A stretch of DNA of 64,000 nucleotides from Subdoligranulum sp. CAG:314 (GCA_000437915.1 FR900987.1:25312-89311); one strand, 5' to 3'; counted from the first letter of the stretch, positions 38,469 to 47,481 are shown. Translations and numbers: made by a program. Notes: a model not told the origin generated them from the sequence alone.

Positions 38469-40253
38469 ATGGGTTACGAAAACAGACAGGACATACCGGT
38501 TAAATACACGTGGGATTTGTCCGCTATTTATCCAAACGAGACGCTGCTCGAAAAGGACTGCGCGGCGGCGGGCGAGCTTATCGGCAAAATCAAGAATTAC
38601 GAGGGAAAGCTGAACAACGAAAAAAGCATTTACGAGTTTTTCGAGCTGACCGGAGACATCGAGGAGCTTTTTGAAAAAGCGATATGCTACACCCACATGA
38701 AAATGGACGAGGACAGCAAAAACACCGACGTTCAGGCCATGCGAGACAAGGTTTTGAGCAATTACAACAAGTATTCCGTCGCCACCTCGTTCGTGCAGCC
38801 CGAGCTTAGCAGGCTTGACGAAAAGACTCTGGACGAAATCATGGCAAAGCCGCAGTTCAAAAAACACAATTATACCCTGCGCAGAATCAAAGCGGGAAAA
38901 GCGCACGTGCTTTCCGCCGAGGCGGAAGAGCTGCTCACAAACGCGGGCGAAGTGACGGGATATTTCCGCGAAACCTTCGGCAGGCTGGACAACGGCGAAA
39001 TGGATTGGGGAACCGTCAAGGTGGACGGCGAGCCTGTTGCGCTCTCTCACGGAAGTTACAGTATGCTCATGCAAAACCCCTCGCAGGAGGTCAGAAAACA
39101 GGCGTTTGAAGCCTGGTACAAAGCCTACGAAGGGAAAATAAACACCATTGCAGGTCTTTACTGCGGCAGCGTAAGACAGGACTGCTTCTTTGCAAAGGCG
39201 CGCAAATTCGGCAGCGCCATAGAAAAAGCGCTGTTCTACGAGGAGGTTGACAGAAAAGTTTACGACAACCTCATCGACAGCGTAAACAAAACGCTTCCCA
39301 TGCTGCACGAATACATGGCTTTGAGAAAAAAGGTCATGGGGCTTGAAACTCTCAATATGTACGACTTGAATTATCCCATGATTCCCGCGGCAAACCTCGC
39401 GCTTGAATTCGACGAGGCTTTCGCTTTGGTCAAGGAAGGCTTGAAGCCTTTGGGCGAGGAATATCAGGGGCTGCTGCAAAGAGCTTACGACGAGCGTTGG
39501 ATGGACGTGTACGAAACGCCCGGAAAGCGCAGCGGCGCTTATTCCATGGGCGTGTACGGCGTTCACCCTTACGTTTTGCTCAACTACGAAAAGACGACGC
39601 ACGACGTTTTCACCATCGCGCACGAGCTCGGGCACTCCATGCACAGCTATTACAGCTGTCAGGCTCAGGGAAGAGAACAGAACAACTACACCATTTTCGT
39701 CGCGGAAGTGGCAAGCACCTGCAACGAAATACTGCTGCTCCGCCACCTGCTCAAAAAGGAAACGGACAAGGATATGCGCAAATATCTGTTAAGTTATCTG
39801 CTGGACACGATACGCACGACCATGTTCCGTCAGACCATGTTCGCGGAGTTCGAGGCAAAGGCGCACGAGCTGATTGAAACGGACAAACCGTTCAACTACG
39901 AAAGCCTGTCCGACATATACTACGGACTCAACAAAAAATACTACGGTCCCGCGGTGGAGCACAACAGACAGATAAGATACGAATGGTGCCGTATCCCCCA
40001 TTTTTACAGAGGCTTTTACGTCTACAAGTACGCCACCGGCATAACAAGCGCCATCTGCATAGCCGACAAAATACTCAAAGAGGGCGAGCCGGCGGTAAAA
40101 CGCTACAAGGAATTTCTTTCCACCGGTTGCAGTCTCGACCCCGTGAACGAGTTGAGAATCGCGGGTGTGGATTTGGAAACCTCCACGCCCTTCGAGACGG
40201 TAGCCAAAATTTTTAAAGAAACTTTGGACGAACTCAAAGAGCTCTGCAAATAA
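38469..40253 (+). CDS. pepF: oligoendopeptidase F (M3B family)
   Basis: 594 aa with zinc motif HELGHSMH. The antisense 435-aa ORF has no motifs. Confidence 0.92.
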   Translation: MGYENRQDIPVKYTWDLSAIYPNETLLEKDCAAAGELIGKIKNYEGKLNNEKSIYEFFELTGDIEELFEKAICYTHMKMDEDSKNTDVQAMRDKVLSNYNKYSVATSFVQPELSRLDEKTLDEIMAKPQFKKHNYTLRRIKAGKAHVLSAEAEELLTNAGEVTGYFRETFGRLDNGEMDWGTVKVDGEPVALSHGSYSMLMQNPSQEVRKQAFEAWYKAYEGKINTIAGLYCGSVRQDCFFAKARKFGSAIEKALFYEEVDRKVYDNLIDSVNKTLPMLHEYMALRKKVMGLETLNMYDLNYPMIPAANLALEFDEAFALVKEGLKPLGEEYQGLLQRAYDERWMDVYETPGKRSGAYSMGVYGVHPYVLLNYEKTTHDVFTIAHELGHSMHSYYSCQAQGREQNNYTIFVAEVASTCNEILLLRHLLKKETDKDMRKYLLSYLLDTIRTTMFRQTMFAEFEAKAHELIETDKPFNYESLSDIYYGLNKKYYGPAVEHNRQIRYEWCRIPHFYRGFYVYKYATGITSAICIADKILKEGEPAVKRYKEFLSTGCSLDPVNELRIAGVDLETSTPFETVAKIFKETLDELKELCK

Positions 40254-40266
40254 TTTTTCCGACGAC

Positions 40267-40292
40267 AAGCCGCCCGCCAAGGGCGGCTTTTT
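40267..40292 (+). terminator. pepF terminator
   Basis: AAGCCGCCC-gccaa-GGGCGGCTT followed by TTTTT. Confidence 0.85.
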
Positions 40293-40318
40293 CATTGTCA
40301 AAATGCTTTTTTGAACAC

Positions 40319-40345
40319 GAAAAAGGACGCGGTAACCGCGTCCTT
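40319..40345 (-). terminator. gcv operon terminator
   Basis: Minus strand AAGGACGCGG-ttac-CGCGTCCTT followed by TTTTC. Confidence 0.8.
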
Positions 40346-40353
40346 AAACAACG

Positions 40354-41775
40354 TCAATCGTTGAAAGCGTATTTCAAAACAGGCTGTCTCGCCGCTCTGA
40401 CCTCGTCCACTCTGCCGATAATCGTTCTGTGGGGAGCTTCGTGCAGGCTCTGAGCGTCTTTTTCCGCAATTTGCCTGATTTCTCCCAACACTCTGATTGC
40501 TTCGTCGAGAGTTTCCTTGGTTTCCGTTTCGGTAGGCTCGAACATCAAATCCTCGTGCACTATCAGCGGGAAGTACATTGTGGGCGGATGTATGCCGTAG
40601 TCAAGCATCGCCTTTGCAACGTCCATGGCGGAAACTCCCTTTTCGTGTTTAAGATTTTCCAAAGTCAGCACGAATTCGTGCATACACACTCTGTCGTAAG
40701 CAACGGGATAAAACTCTTTGAGTCCCTCCATGAGATAATTTGCGTTGAGCACGGCTTTCTGCGCGGCGTCCTTTATGCCCTCCGCGCCCAACGTGTCGAT
40801 ATAAACCGCGGCGCGCAGCGCGACAAGAAAATTGCCGTAAAAGCACTTTACCTTGCCTATCGACAAGGACTCGTCGTAGCCCTCGGGCTTTTTCCCGAAC
40901 ACGGGCGCGGGCAGGAAGGACGCAAGAATCTTTTTGCAGCCGACGGGACCGCTTCCCGGACCGCCGCCGCCATGGGGCGTACTGAATGTTTTGTGCAGAT
41001 TGAGGTGTATTACGTCAAACCCCATGTCTCCCGGACGCACCACTCCCATAACGGCGTTGAGATTGGCTCCGTCGTAGTAGCACAGCCCTCCCGCATTGTG
41101 CACGATTTCGGTTATTTCCAGTATGTTTTTGTCAAACAAGCCAAGCGTGTTGGGGTTTGTCAGCATAAGCCCCGCAGTGTCCTCTCCAACAAGGGATTTT
41201 AGCGCGTCTATATCCACGCCGCCTTCCGCGTTGCTTGGCACGGAAACTATTTCAAAACCGCACATATGCGCGCTTGCGGGGTTTGTGCCGTGCGCCGAAT
41301 CGGGCACCAGAATCTTTTTGCGTTTCAGGTCGTTTCTGTGCTCGTGATATTTTTTGACTAGCATCATGCCGGTAAATTCGCCGTGAGCGCCTGCGGCGGG
41401 TTGAAGCGTAATGGCGTCCATACCCGTGATTTCGCACAGCTTGTCGGAAAGCCCGTCCAAAACCTCGACGCAGCCCTCGGCGTTTTCAAAGCCCTGCAAA
41501 GGATGTACGCGCGTAAAGCCCGACAATGCCGCCACGGCGTCGTTGACGCGGGGATTGTACTTCATCGTGCAGCTGCCGAGCGGATAAAAGCCGTCGTCCA
41601 CGCCGTGAGCCTTTTTGCTGAGAGCGGTGTAGTGACGGATAACGTCTATTTCGGACACTTCGGGCAGTCTCGCCTCCTGCGCGCGGCGGGGCGCGTTTAA
41701 AGCGACCGCGGGCACGTCGCACTCGTCCAAAAGCACTCCCGTCCTGCCCTTTACGGATTTTTCAAAAATCAACAT
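40354..41775 (-). CDS. gcvPB: glycine dehydrogenase (decarboxylating) subunit 2
   Basis: 473 aa. PLP-lysine region NLHKTFSTPHGGGGPG. Confidence 0.93.
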   Translation of the reverse strand: MLIFEKSVKGRTGVLLDECDVPAVALNAPRRAQEARLPEVSEIDVIRHYTALSKKAHGVDDGFYPLGSCTMKYNPRVNDAVAALSGFTRVHPLQGFENAEGCVEVLDGLSDKLCEITGMDAITLQPAAGAHGEFTGMMLVKKYHEHRNDLKRKKILVPDSAHGTNPASAHMCGFEIVSVPSNAEGGVDIDALKSLVGEDTAGLMLTNPNTLGLFDKNILEITEIVHNAGGLCYYDGANLNAVMGVVRPGDMGFDVIHLNLHKTFSTPHGGGGPGSGPVGCKKILASFLPAPVFGKKPEGYDESLSIGKVKCFYGNFLVALRAAVYIDTLGAEGIKDAAQKAVLNANYLMEGLKEFYPVAYDRVCMHEFVLTLENLKHEKGVSAMDVAKAMLDYGIHPPTMYFPLIVHEDLMFEPTETETKETLDEAIRVLGEIRQIAEKDAQSLHEAPHRTIIGRVDEVRAARQPVLKYAFND

Positions 41776-41776
41776 T

Positions 41777-43087
41777 TCATTTCACCTCCGCGAAAGCGTC
41801 CGCAACCGCGTCGAGTGCGCACTTGGACGCTTTTTCCGTCGCGCACCACACCGACGTGCCGTCGTCAAGACGCAAACCGCCGAGTATGCCCTTTGCGGCA
41901 AGCGCCTTTTCCAGCCTTTCGTCGTATTTGTCCGTTTCGATGGCAAATTCATGGAAAAACTCGCCGTCGAATTTAAGCTTCACGCCTTTGACCTCGGTCA
42001 GACGTTTTGCAAGATAATGCGCTTTGGAAACGCACTGCTCCGCAACCTGTCTCATGCCCTCGCGTCCCATAACGGCAAGGTAAACGACCGCCGTCAGGGC
42101 GCACAGCGCTTGGTTGGAGCAAATGCTGCTCAACGCCTTTTCGCGCCTGATGTGCTGCTCCCGCGCTTGAAGCGTGAGTACGTAAGCGGTTTTTCCGTTT
42201 TTGTCGACGGTCTGTCCCACCACTCTGCCGGGCATTCGTCTGCTCATCTTGGAGTCGCAGGTGAGGATTCCCAGATAAGGACCTCCGAAGGCAAGCGGCA
42301 TACCCAAAGGCTGACCGTCGCCCACGGCAATATCCGCGCCGCACTCCTTTGGCGTAACAAGCACCGTTGCGGAAACGGGATTGAATATGTAAACAAACTT
42401 GGCTCCCTTTTCGTGCGCCTTGTCTCCCACCGCCTTCATGTCCTCTATCAATCCGAAGAAATTGGGCGACTGCGCCACCACGCACGCGGTGTTGTCGTCC
42501 AAGGCTTTTTCCAGCGCGTCAAGGTCGGCAAGGCCGTTTTTGTGGGGAATTTCCACCAATTCGAAGCCCGAAGCGTAGGCGTAAGTTTTTGCCACGGCAA
42601 CGGTTTCGGGATTGACCGCGCCGAGAACCAAAACCTTGCTTTTCTTTTCGCAAGCCATAATCATGGCTTCGCCGACGGCGGTGCCCACGTCGTAAACCGA
42701 AGCATTGGAAACATCCATGCCGGTAAGTTCGCACATGAGCGTCTGATATTCGAATATGGTTTGAAGAATACCCTGACTTATTTCGGGCTGATATGGCGTA
42801 TATGCGGTTACGAACTCGCTCCTTGCCGCCAGCGACCTGACCGCAGCGGGTATAAAATGGTCGTAAGCGCCGCAGCCTCTCAAAACGGTGTCGAACACCT
42901 TGTTTTCGGACGCCGTTTTCTCGTATTTGCGCTCGACAGCCGCCTGACTCATGCCCTGCCCCAGCCCGAGCTTTTTGAGCATAAGCTTTTCGGGCACGTC
43001 GGCGTAGAGAGCGTCCAGACTGTCCAAGCCCACTGCGTCAAGCATGGCTTTTACGTCCGCCGAGGTGTGCGGAGTATATTTACTCAT
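41777..43087 (-). CDS. gcvPA: glycine dehydrogenase (decarboxylating) subunit 1
   Basis: 436 aa. Motif TAYTPYQPEISQG. Confidence 0.93.
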   Translation of the reverse strand: MSKYTPHTSADVKAMLDAVGLDSLDALYADVPEKLMLKKLGLGQGMSQAAVERKYEKTASENKVFDTVLRGCGAYDHFIPAAVRSLAARSEFVTAYTPYQPEISQGILQTIFEYQTLMCELTGMDVSNASVYDVGTAVGEAMIMACEKKSKVLVLGAVNPETVAVAKTYAYASGFELVEIPHKNGLADLDALEKALDDNTACVVAQSPNFFGLIEDMKAVGDKAHEKGAKFVYIFNPVSATVLVTPKECGADIAVGDGQPLGMPLAFGGPYLGILTCDSKMSRRMPGRVVGQTVDKNGKTAYVLTLQAREQHIRREKALSSICSNQALCALTAVVYLAVMGREGMRQVAEQCVSKAHYLAKRLTEVKGVKLKFDGEFFHEFAIETDKYDERLEKALAAKGILGGLRLDDGTSVWCATEKASKCALDAVADAFAEVK

Positions 43088-43100
43088 TTTTCACTCCTTT

Positions 43101-43136
43101 AAAAAACAGAATCCGTCCTTTCCCCGACGGAATCTG
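43101..43136 (-). terminator. intra-operon terminator-like hairpin between gcvH and gcvPA
   Basis: Minus strand CAGATTCCGTC / GACGGATTCTG (10 of 11 bp), then TTTTTT, immediately before the AAAGGAG RBS of gcvPA. Confidence 0.55.
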
Positions 43137-43152
43137 TCTTTTCAAATAAAAA

Positions 43153-43515
43153 TTAAAGCGTCTTGATAAATTCGGCGTACTGCTCGGCGTTCATAAGCCC
43201 GTCTTCCCTGCCGGTCATTTCCACTTCGACAATCCATGCGTCGTCGGAAGCTTCGTTGATTTTTTCGGGCGCGTCGGCAAGCTCTTCGTTCACCGCCACA
43301 ACCTTGCCGCAGACGGGGCTCAAAACCTCGCTGACCGCCTTGACCGACTCGATGTCGGTAAAAGCCTTGCCGCACTCGACGTCGCTGCCCAATTCGGGAA
43401 GATTGACGTAAACTATGTCGCCAAGCTCCTGCTGCGCATAGTCGGAAAGTCCTATCTGCGCCTTGCTGCCTTCGATTTTTACCCACTCGTGGGATTTGCT
43501 GAACAATTTTTCCAT
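43153..43515 (-). CDS. gcvH: glycine cleavage system H protein
   Basis: 120 aa. Lipoyl-lysine motif ESVKAVSE. Confidence 0.93.
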   Translation of the reverse strand: MEKLFSKSHEWVKIEGSKAQIGLSDYAQQELGDIVYVNLPELGSDVECGKAFTDIESVKAVSEVLSPVCGKVVAVNEELADAPEKINEASDDAWIVEVEMTGREDGLMNAEQYAEFIKTL

Positions 43516-43543
43516 TTATCTGTCTCCTGAATAAATTTTTATT

Positions 43544-44626
43544 TCAACCTCTTTTATAAAAAGGCATTTTTACGACTTCGGCTCTGAGTTTTTTGCCTCT
43601 CACGTCTATGACGACCTCTGGCTCCTCATAGCTTTTTTCGATTCTCACCATGGCAAGCGCGTGCTGAAACGTGGGAGAGTAGGTGCCCGTCGTAACTACG
43701 CCGATTTTTCTGCCGTCGGACGCGGCGAACACCTCGCAGCCCTCTCTGGCAATCCCCTTGTCGATAAGCTTCACGCCCTTGCGCTTGAACTGCGCGGGGC
43801 GCTCCTCCAACGCCCTTTTGCCGATAAAGTCCGGCTTGCCCATTTTCAAAGCGAATCCCAGCCCGACCTCGTGGCCGAGATAGTCCTCGTTCAGCTCGTG
43901 GCCGTATAGAGGCATGCACGCCTCGAATCTCAGAGTGTCTCTCGCTCCCAGACCGCAGGGCAGAATGCCGTATTCCTTGCCTGCGTCGAGTATTTTTTCA
44001 AAAATTTCTGGAGTCCTTTCCGCGGGGCAGTAAATTTCAAAGCCGTCCTCGCCCGTGTAACCCGTGCGGGAAACAATACATCTGCCGTCGGTAACCCTGT
44101 CGCTGACCTTGAAAGTATAGTATTTTTCGGGTATTTCGCTTTCGGGCAAAATTTTGCGCAAAATCTCCTCCGATTTGGGTCCTTGCAGCGCCACCTGACC
44201 GGTTTTTTCCGACAGATTTTCAAAGCGGGTGCCGTCAAGCAGACGGTTTGACACCCAAGCCGCGTCCTTGTCGCAGTTGCCCGCGTTGACTACCAGCAGG
44301 TATTTCTCCTCCGAAAGCCTGTAAACCAACAGGTCGTCCACCTCGCCGCCCCTCTCGTTGAGCATCATGGTGTACCTGATTTGTCCGTCGCAAAGCCCCG
44401 TCATGTCGTTGGACATAAGCCTCTGAATTGTGTCGAAAGCGCTTTTTCCTTCAAGCAGAAACTCGCCCATGTGACTGACGTCGAACAAGCCTGCCGCGTT
44501 GCGCACGGCGTTGTGCTCTGCAATGAGTCCCGCCCCGTACTGCACGGGCAGCTCAAAGCCGCCGAACTCCACAACCTTGCCGCCGTGATTTAAATGATTC
44601 TGATACAACGGTGTTCTTTTAGCCAT
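43544..44626 (-). CDS. gcvT: aminomethyltransferase (glycine cleavage T protein)
   Basis: Start moved to ATG 44626 (MAKRTPLYQNH), downstream of the mapped promoter. The ORF-track start 44674 lies at or upstream of the predicted TSS. Confidence 0.9.
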   Translation of the reverse strand: MAKRTPLYQNHLNHGGKVVEFGGFELPVQYGAGLIAEHNAVRNAAGLFDVSHMGEFLLEGKSAFDTIQRLMSNDMTGLCDGQIRYTMMLNERGGEVDDLLVYRLSEEKYLLVVNAGNCDKDAAWVSNRLLDGTRFENLSEKTGQVALQGPKSEEILRKILPESEIPEKYYTFKVSDRVTDGRCIVSRTGYTGEDGFEIYCPAERTPEIFEKILDAGKEYGILPCGLGARDTLRFEACMPLYGHELNEDYLGHEVGLGFALKMGKPDFIGKRALEERPAQFKRKGVKLIDKGIAREGCEVFAASDGRKIGVVTTGTYSPTFQHALAMVRIEKSYEEPEVVIDVRGKKLRAEVVKMPFYKRG

Positions 44627-44677
44627 AAATTTATATGCTCCTTTGGACTCTGAAATCAGAGAAATATTCCGCAATAG

Positions 44678-44706
44678 ATTATATCAAAGGCAGGCTCAAA
44701 AATCAA
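44678..44706 (-). promoter_or_regulatory. extended -10 promoter of the gcv operon
   Basis: Minus strand TTGATT (44706-44701), 17-nt spacer, TGaTATAAT (44686-44678). This leaves a leader of only ~45 nt. Confidence 0.7.
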
Positions 44707-44886
44707 TCGTTTTCGGGCAACCTTTCGCGCAGCCGCGCATTAAATTTGACGCCGCCCGCGTCGGGCGGGTCAAGGCGTGCGTCTTGCCGCGAAAAGTCCC
44801 CGAACCCGACGCTTATCGTATTGTTTTTTCCCGAATTATATTCGTCGGCGCGTCTATAAAAAACAGCGTTCTTTTTTAACAATCGC

Positions 44887-44915
44887 TTGTCAAAATCTTG
44901 ATTTTGTGCTAAAAT
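44887..44915 (+). promoter_or_regulatory. promoter of the alpha-oxoamine synthase gene
   Basis: TTGTCA (44887-44892), 17-nt spacer, TGcTAAAAT (-10 at 44910-44915). Confidence 0.65.
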
Positions 44916-44961
44916 AAAAAAACCGCATTTACCTTTGCGGTCAATCTAAGGAGAGTAGAAA

Positions 44962-46176
44962 TTGGATATTTTTGAAAAATGCAAGCGTATTCCCATCGCG
45001 GACGAAGCCAAAGCGGCGGGAATATACCCCTATTTCCACAGTCTTACAAGCAGACAGGACACCTCCGTTCAGATGAGCGGGAGACAGGTAATAATGTTGG
45101 GCTCCAACAACTATCTCGGGCTGACCTCCCACCCCGAGGTGACGGAAGCGGGGAAAAGAGCGCTTGACAAATACGGCTCGGGATGCAGCGGCAGCCGTTT
45201 TCTCAACGGCACCATGGATATTCATATTGCGCTCGAACGCGAGCTTTCCGACTTTTTGGGCAAGGAGGATTCCGTCACTTTCGGCACGGGCTTTCAGAGC
45301 AATCTCGGCATTATTTCCGGCATAGCGGGACGCAACGACATAGTTTTCTGCGACCGCGAAAACCATGCCAGCATTTATGACGGCAGCAGACTCAGCTACG
45401 CCAAGTTTGTAAGATACGCCCACAGCAACATGGCGGACCTTGAAGCAAAGCTGTCCGCCGCGGCGGATTCCTACGGCAAGCTCATAGTCACCGACGGAGT
45501 TTTCAGCATGAGCGGCGACATATGCAAGCTGCCCGAAATCGTAGCGCTTGCAAAAAAATACGGCGCACGCGTCATGGTGGACGACGCGCACGGGTTGGGA
45601 GTGCTGGGACGGTACGGAAAGGGCACTGCGGAATACTTCGGCTTGACGGAGCAGGTCGACATAATCATGGGCACCTTTTCCAAGTCGCTTGCGAGTCTGG
45701 GAGGTTACATGGCTGCGGACGCCGTCGTCTGCGAATATATCCGCCACGCAAGCCGTCCGTTCATTTTCAGCGCGAGCATGACTCCCGCAAACGTGGAATG
45801 CGCGCGCGCTGCGCTCGGAGTGCTCAAACGCGAGCCGGAGAGAGTAAGTATGCTGTCGGAAATAAGCGACTACATGAGAGGACTGCTCAAAGGCTACGGA
45901 ATCGCAATAAAAGAAAGCTCCACGCCCATTATACCTATATACACCTACGGCGACGCCAAAACCTTTTACGCCTGCAAGCTGCTGCTCGAAAAAGGCGTGT
46001 ACGTAAATCCCGTGGTCAGTCCCGCCACTCCCGTAGGAGAGGGACTGCTGAGGACAAGCTACACCGCAACGCATACGAAGCAGCAAATGGCTCTCGCAGC
46101 AAAGCTAATCAAGGAAACGTTGGACGAGCTTTCGGATTTTTCCGAAGAGGATTTTTCCTCGCAGGCGCGTTCCTGA
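44962..46176 (+). CDS. alpha-oxoamine synthase family PLP enzyme (KBL/BioF/SPT family; motifs look SPT-like)
   Basis: TTG start 7 nt after AAGGAGA. Motifs GSNNYLGL, GSGCSGSRFLNGT, VDDAHGLG and the PLP-lysine GTFSKSLASLGG. 404 aa. Confidence 0.85.
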   Translation: MDIFEKCKRIPIADEAKAAGIYPYFHSLTSRQDTSVQMSGRQVIMLGSNNYLGLTSHPEVTEAGKRALDKYGSGCSGSRFLNGTMDIHIALERELSDFLGKEDSVTFGTGFQSNLGIISGIAGRNDIVFCDRENHASIYDGSRLSYAKFVRYAHSNMADLEAKLSAAADSYGKLIVTDGVFSMSGDICKLPEIVALAKKYGARVMVDDAHGLGVLGRYGKGTAEYFGLTEQVDIIMGTFSKSLASLGGYMAADAVVCEYIRHASRPFIFSASMTPANVECARAALGVLKREPERVSMLSEISDYMRGLLKGYGIAIKESSTPIIPIYTYGDAKTFYACKLLLEKGVYVNPVVSPATPVGEGLLRTSYTATHTKQQMALAAKLIKETLDELSDFSEEDFSSQARS

Positions 46177-46182
46177 AAACAA

Positions 46183-46215
46183 AAAGCCGCGTTGTACAAC
46201 GCGGCTTTGATTTTT
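46183..46215. terminator. bidirectional terminator
   Basis: AAAGCCGCGTTG-ta-CAACGCGGCTTT 12-bp stem, then TTTGATTTTT. Confidence 0.85.
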
Positions 46216-46240
46216 CCATACAAAAACGGACAACCGAGAA

Positions 46241-46546
46241 TTACTCCGTTGCCGCCTCCTGCGCGGCGCTTTCGGCAGCGCAAGACAGCTCCTCCTTTTC
46301 CGTCCGCTCTTTTTCGGCGTTTTCCTCCTGCAAAGCGCGCCTCAAAAGCGACTTTATGTAATCGCTCTTGTTCTTTACATCCTTCAAGGCTTCCAAAATA
46401 TCCTTGTCCTTGACAACGTCGCACCTGAAAACGACGTTTTTGACCTCGTTTTCGGGCTTAGGCGTCGGGCGTTGGGCGTAATACATCCTCAGCGCGCCGA
46501 TATTCATGTCGTACAAACCGCTCATCGGTATAAATTCCCTTTTCAT
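46241..46546 (-). CDS. small hypothetical protein with ribbon-helix-helix-like core and acidic tail
   Basis: 101 aa. Its ATG overlaps the lysR stop (ATGA). The segment VVFRCDVVKDKDILEALKDVKNKSDYIKSLLRRAL has a strand-helix-helix pattern. Confidence 0.6.
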   Translation of the reverse strand: MKREFIPMSGLYDMNIGALRMYYAQRPTPKPENEVKNVVFRCDVVKDKDILEALKDVKNKSDYIKSLLRRALQEENAEKERTEKEELSCAAESAAQEAATE

Positions 46547-47430
46547 AACCTGTCAAACCTGTGTTTAAAATTTTTTGTAAAACGGATAAAATTTTCCGCG
46601 TCGTGGTAGAGATTGCCTTTTTTGTTCCAGATAAGTCCTATGCTCAGATTTATGGGCTTTTTGAGCGGTATTGCAATAATTTCGGGGTCGTTCTCCGCCA
46701 CCTGATTGAACAAAAACGCGCCCACGTTGTTAAATTCCAGAAATTTTTTTATCGTGTAGAGCTGATTGGAGCAAATCATGACCTGCGGCTCCACTCCCGC
46801 GCAGGCAAACGCCTTTTTCACGTAAATATGCTGATAAGAATCCGACTTGAAAAGTATGATTTTTTCGTCCTTCAAATCGGCGAAATCAACGCTGTCCCTT
46901 TTTGCCAGCCTGTGCCCCGCGCCGACGCAGAAGCAAAGCTGCGTGTCGCAGATATGCAGCGTGTTGAATTTTTCCGACGGCATCTCGTCAATGATTGCAA
47001 TCCCCAGGTCAAGCGTGTTGTTTTCCACGCTCTTTGCAACCTGCAAGGAACCTGACTCCTGCATTTCCACCTCTGTTTCGGGATATTTCTCCTTGTAAGC
47101 GCTGAACATAGCGGGAAACAGAAAGGTGCCCACCATGGACGGAACGCCTATTTTGATGTGGTTGAGATTGTTTCCGAGGTCCTTCATCTGCGTGGAAAGA
47201 ATGTCCACCGCGCCCAGAATATCCGTGACCTTGTCGAGAAAATACTCCCCCTCGTCGGTTAAAAGCAGCTTGTTGTTCTGACGGTAAAACAATTTCACGC
47301 CGAATTCGGTTTCCAAATCCTTGATTGAGGAGGAAATCGCAGGCTGCGAAACATACAACTCCTCCGCCGCTTTGGTAATATTGTTGTACCTGCACACCGT
47401 CATGAAATATCGAAGCTGCGAAATTTTCAT
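46543..47430 (-). CDS. LysR-family transcriptional regulator
   Basis: N-terminal HTH MKISQLRYFMTVCRYNNITKAAEELYVSQPAISSSIKDLE. 295 aa. Confidence 0.9.
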   Translation of the reverse strand: MKISQLRYFMTVCRYNNITKAAEELYVSQPAISSSIKDLETEFGVKLFYRQNNKLLLTDEGEYFLDKVTDILGAVDILSTQMKDLGNNLNHIKIGVPSMVGTFLFPAMFSAYKEKYPETEVEMQESGSLQVAKSVENNTLDLGIAIIDEMPSEKFNTLHICDTQLCFCVGAGHRLAKRDSVDFADLKDEKIILFKSDSYQHIYVKKAFACAGVEPQVMICSNQLYTIKKFLEFNNVGAFLFNQVAENDPEIIAIPLKKPINLSIGLIWNKKGNLYHDAENFIRFTKNFKHRFDRL

Positions 47431-47466
47431 CTTAACCTCACGCCTTCAAATTCGGGCATGAATATT

Positions 47467-47481
47467 ATAACAAAAATTTAT
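47467..47481. promoter_or_regulatory. possible LysR-type T-N11-A box
   Basis: ATAA-N7-TTAT in the lysR/thiN divergent intergenic region. AT-rich context, so specificity is weak. Confidence 0.25.

Noticed and set aside
38439-39746. 435-aa ORF on the minus strand
   Set aside because: It is entirely antisense to pepF, which carries the HELGH zinc motif. The translation is low-complexity (V/F/H/R-rich) with no RBS, so it looks like a codon-bias artefact.
44627-44900. Expected glycine riboswitch upstream of gcvT
   Set aside because: I searched both strands by eye for the GGAGAG / ACCGAAGGGGCAA / CTCTCAGG cores and found none. A strong promoter only ~50 nt from the ATG leaves no room for an aptamer. 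The unexplained GC-rich element is reported separately.
44941-46086. 381-aa ORF on the minus strand
   Set aside because: It is antisense to the alpha-oxoamine synthase, which has the PLP-lysine and family motifs. It has no motifs or RBS of its own.
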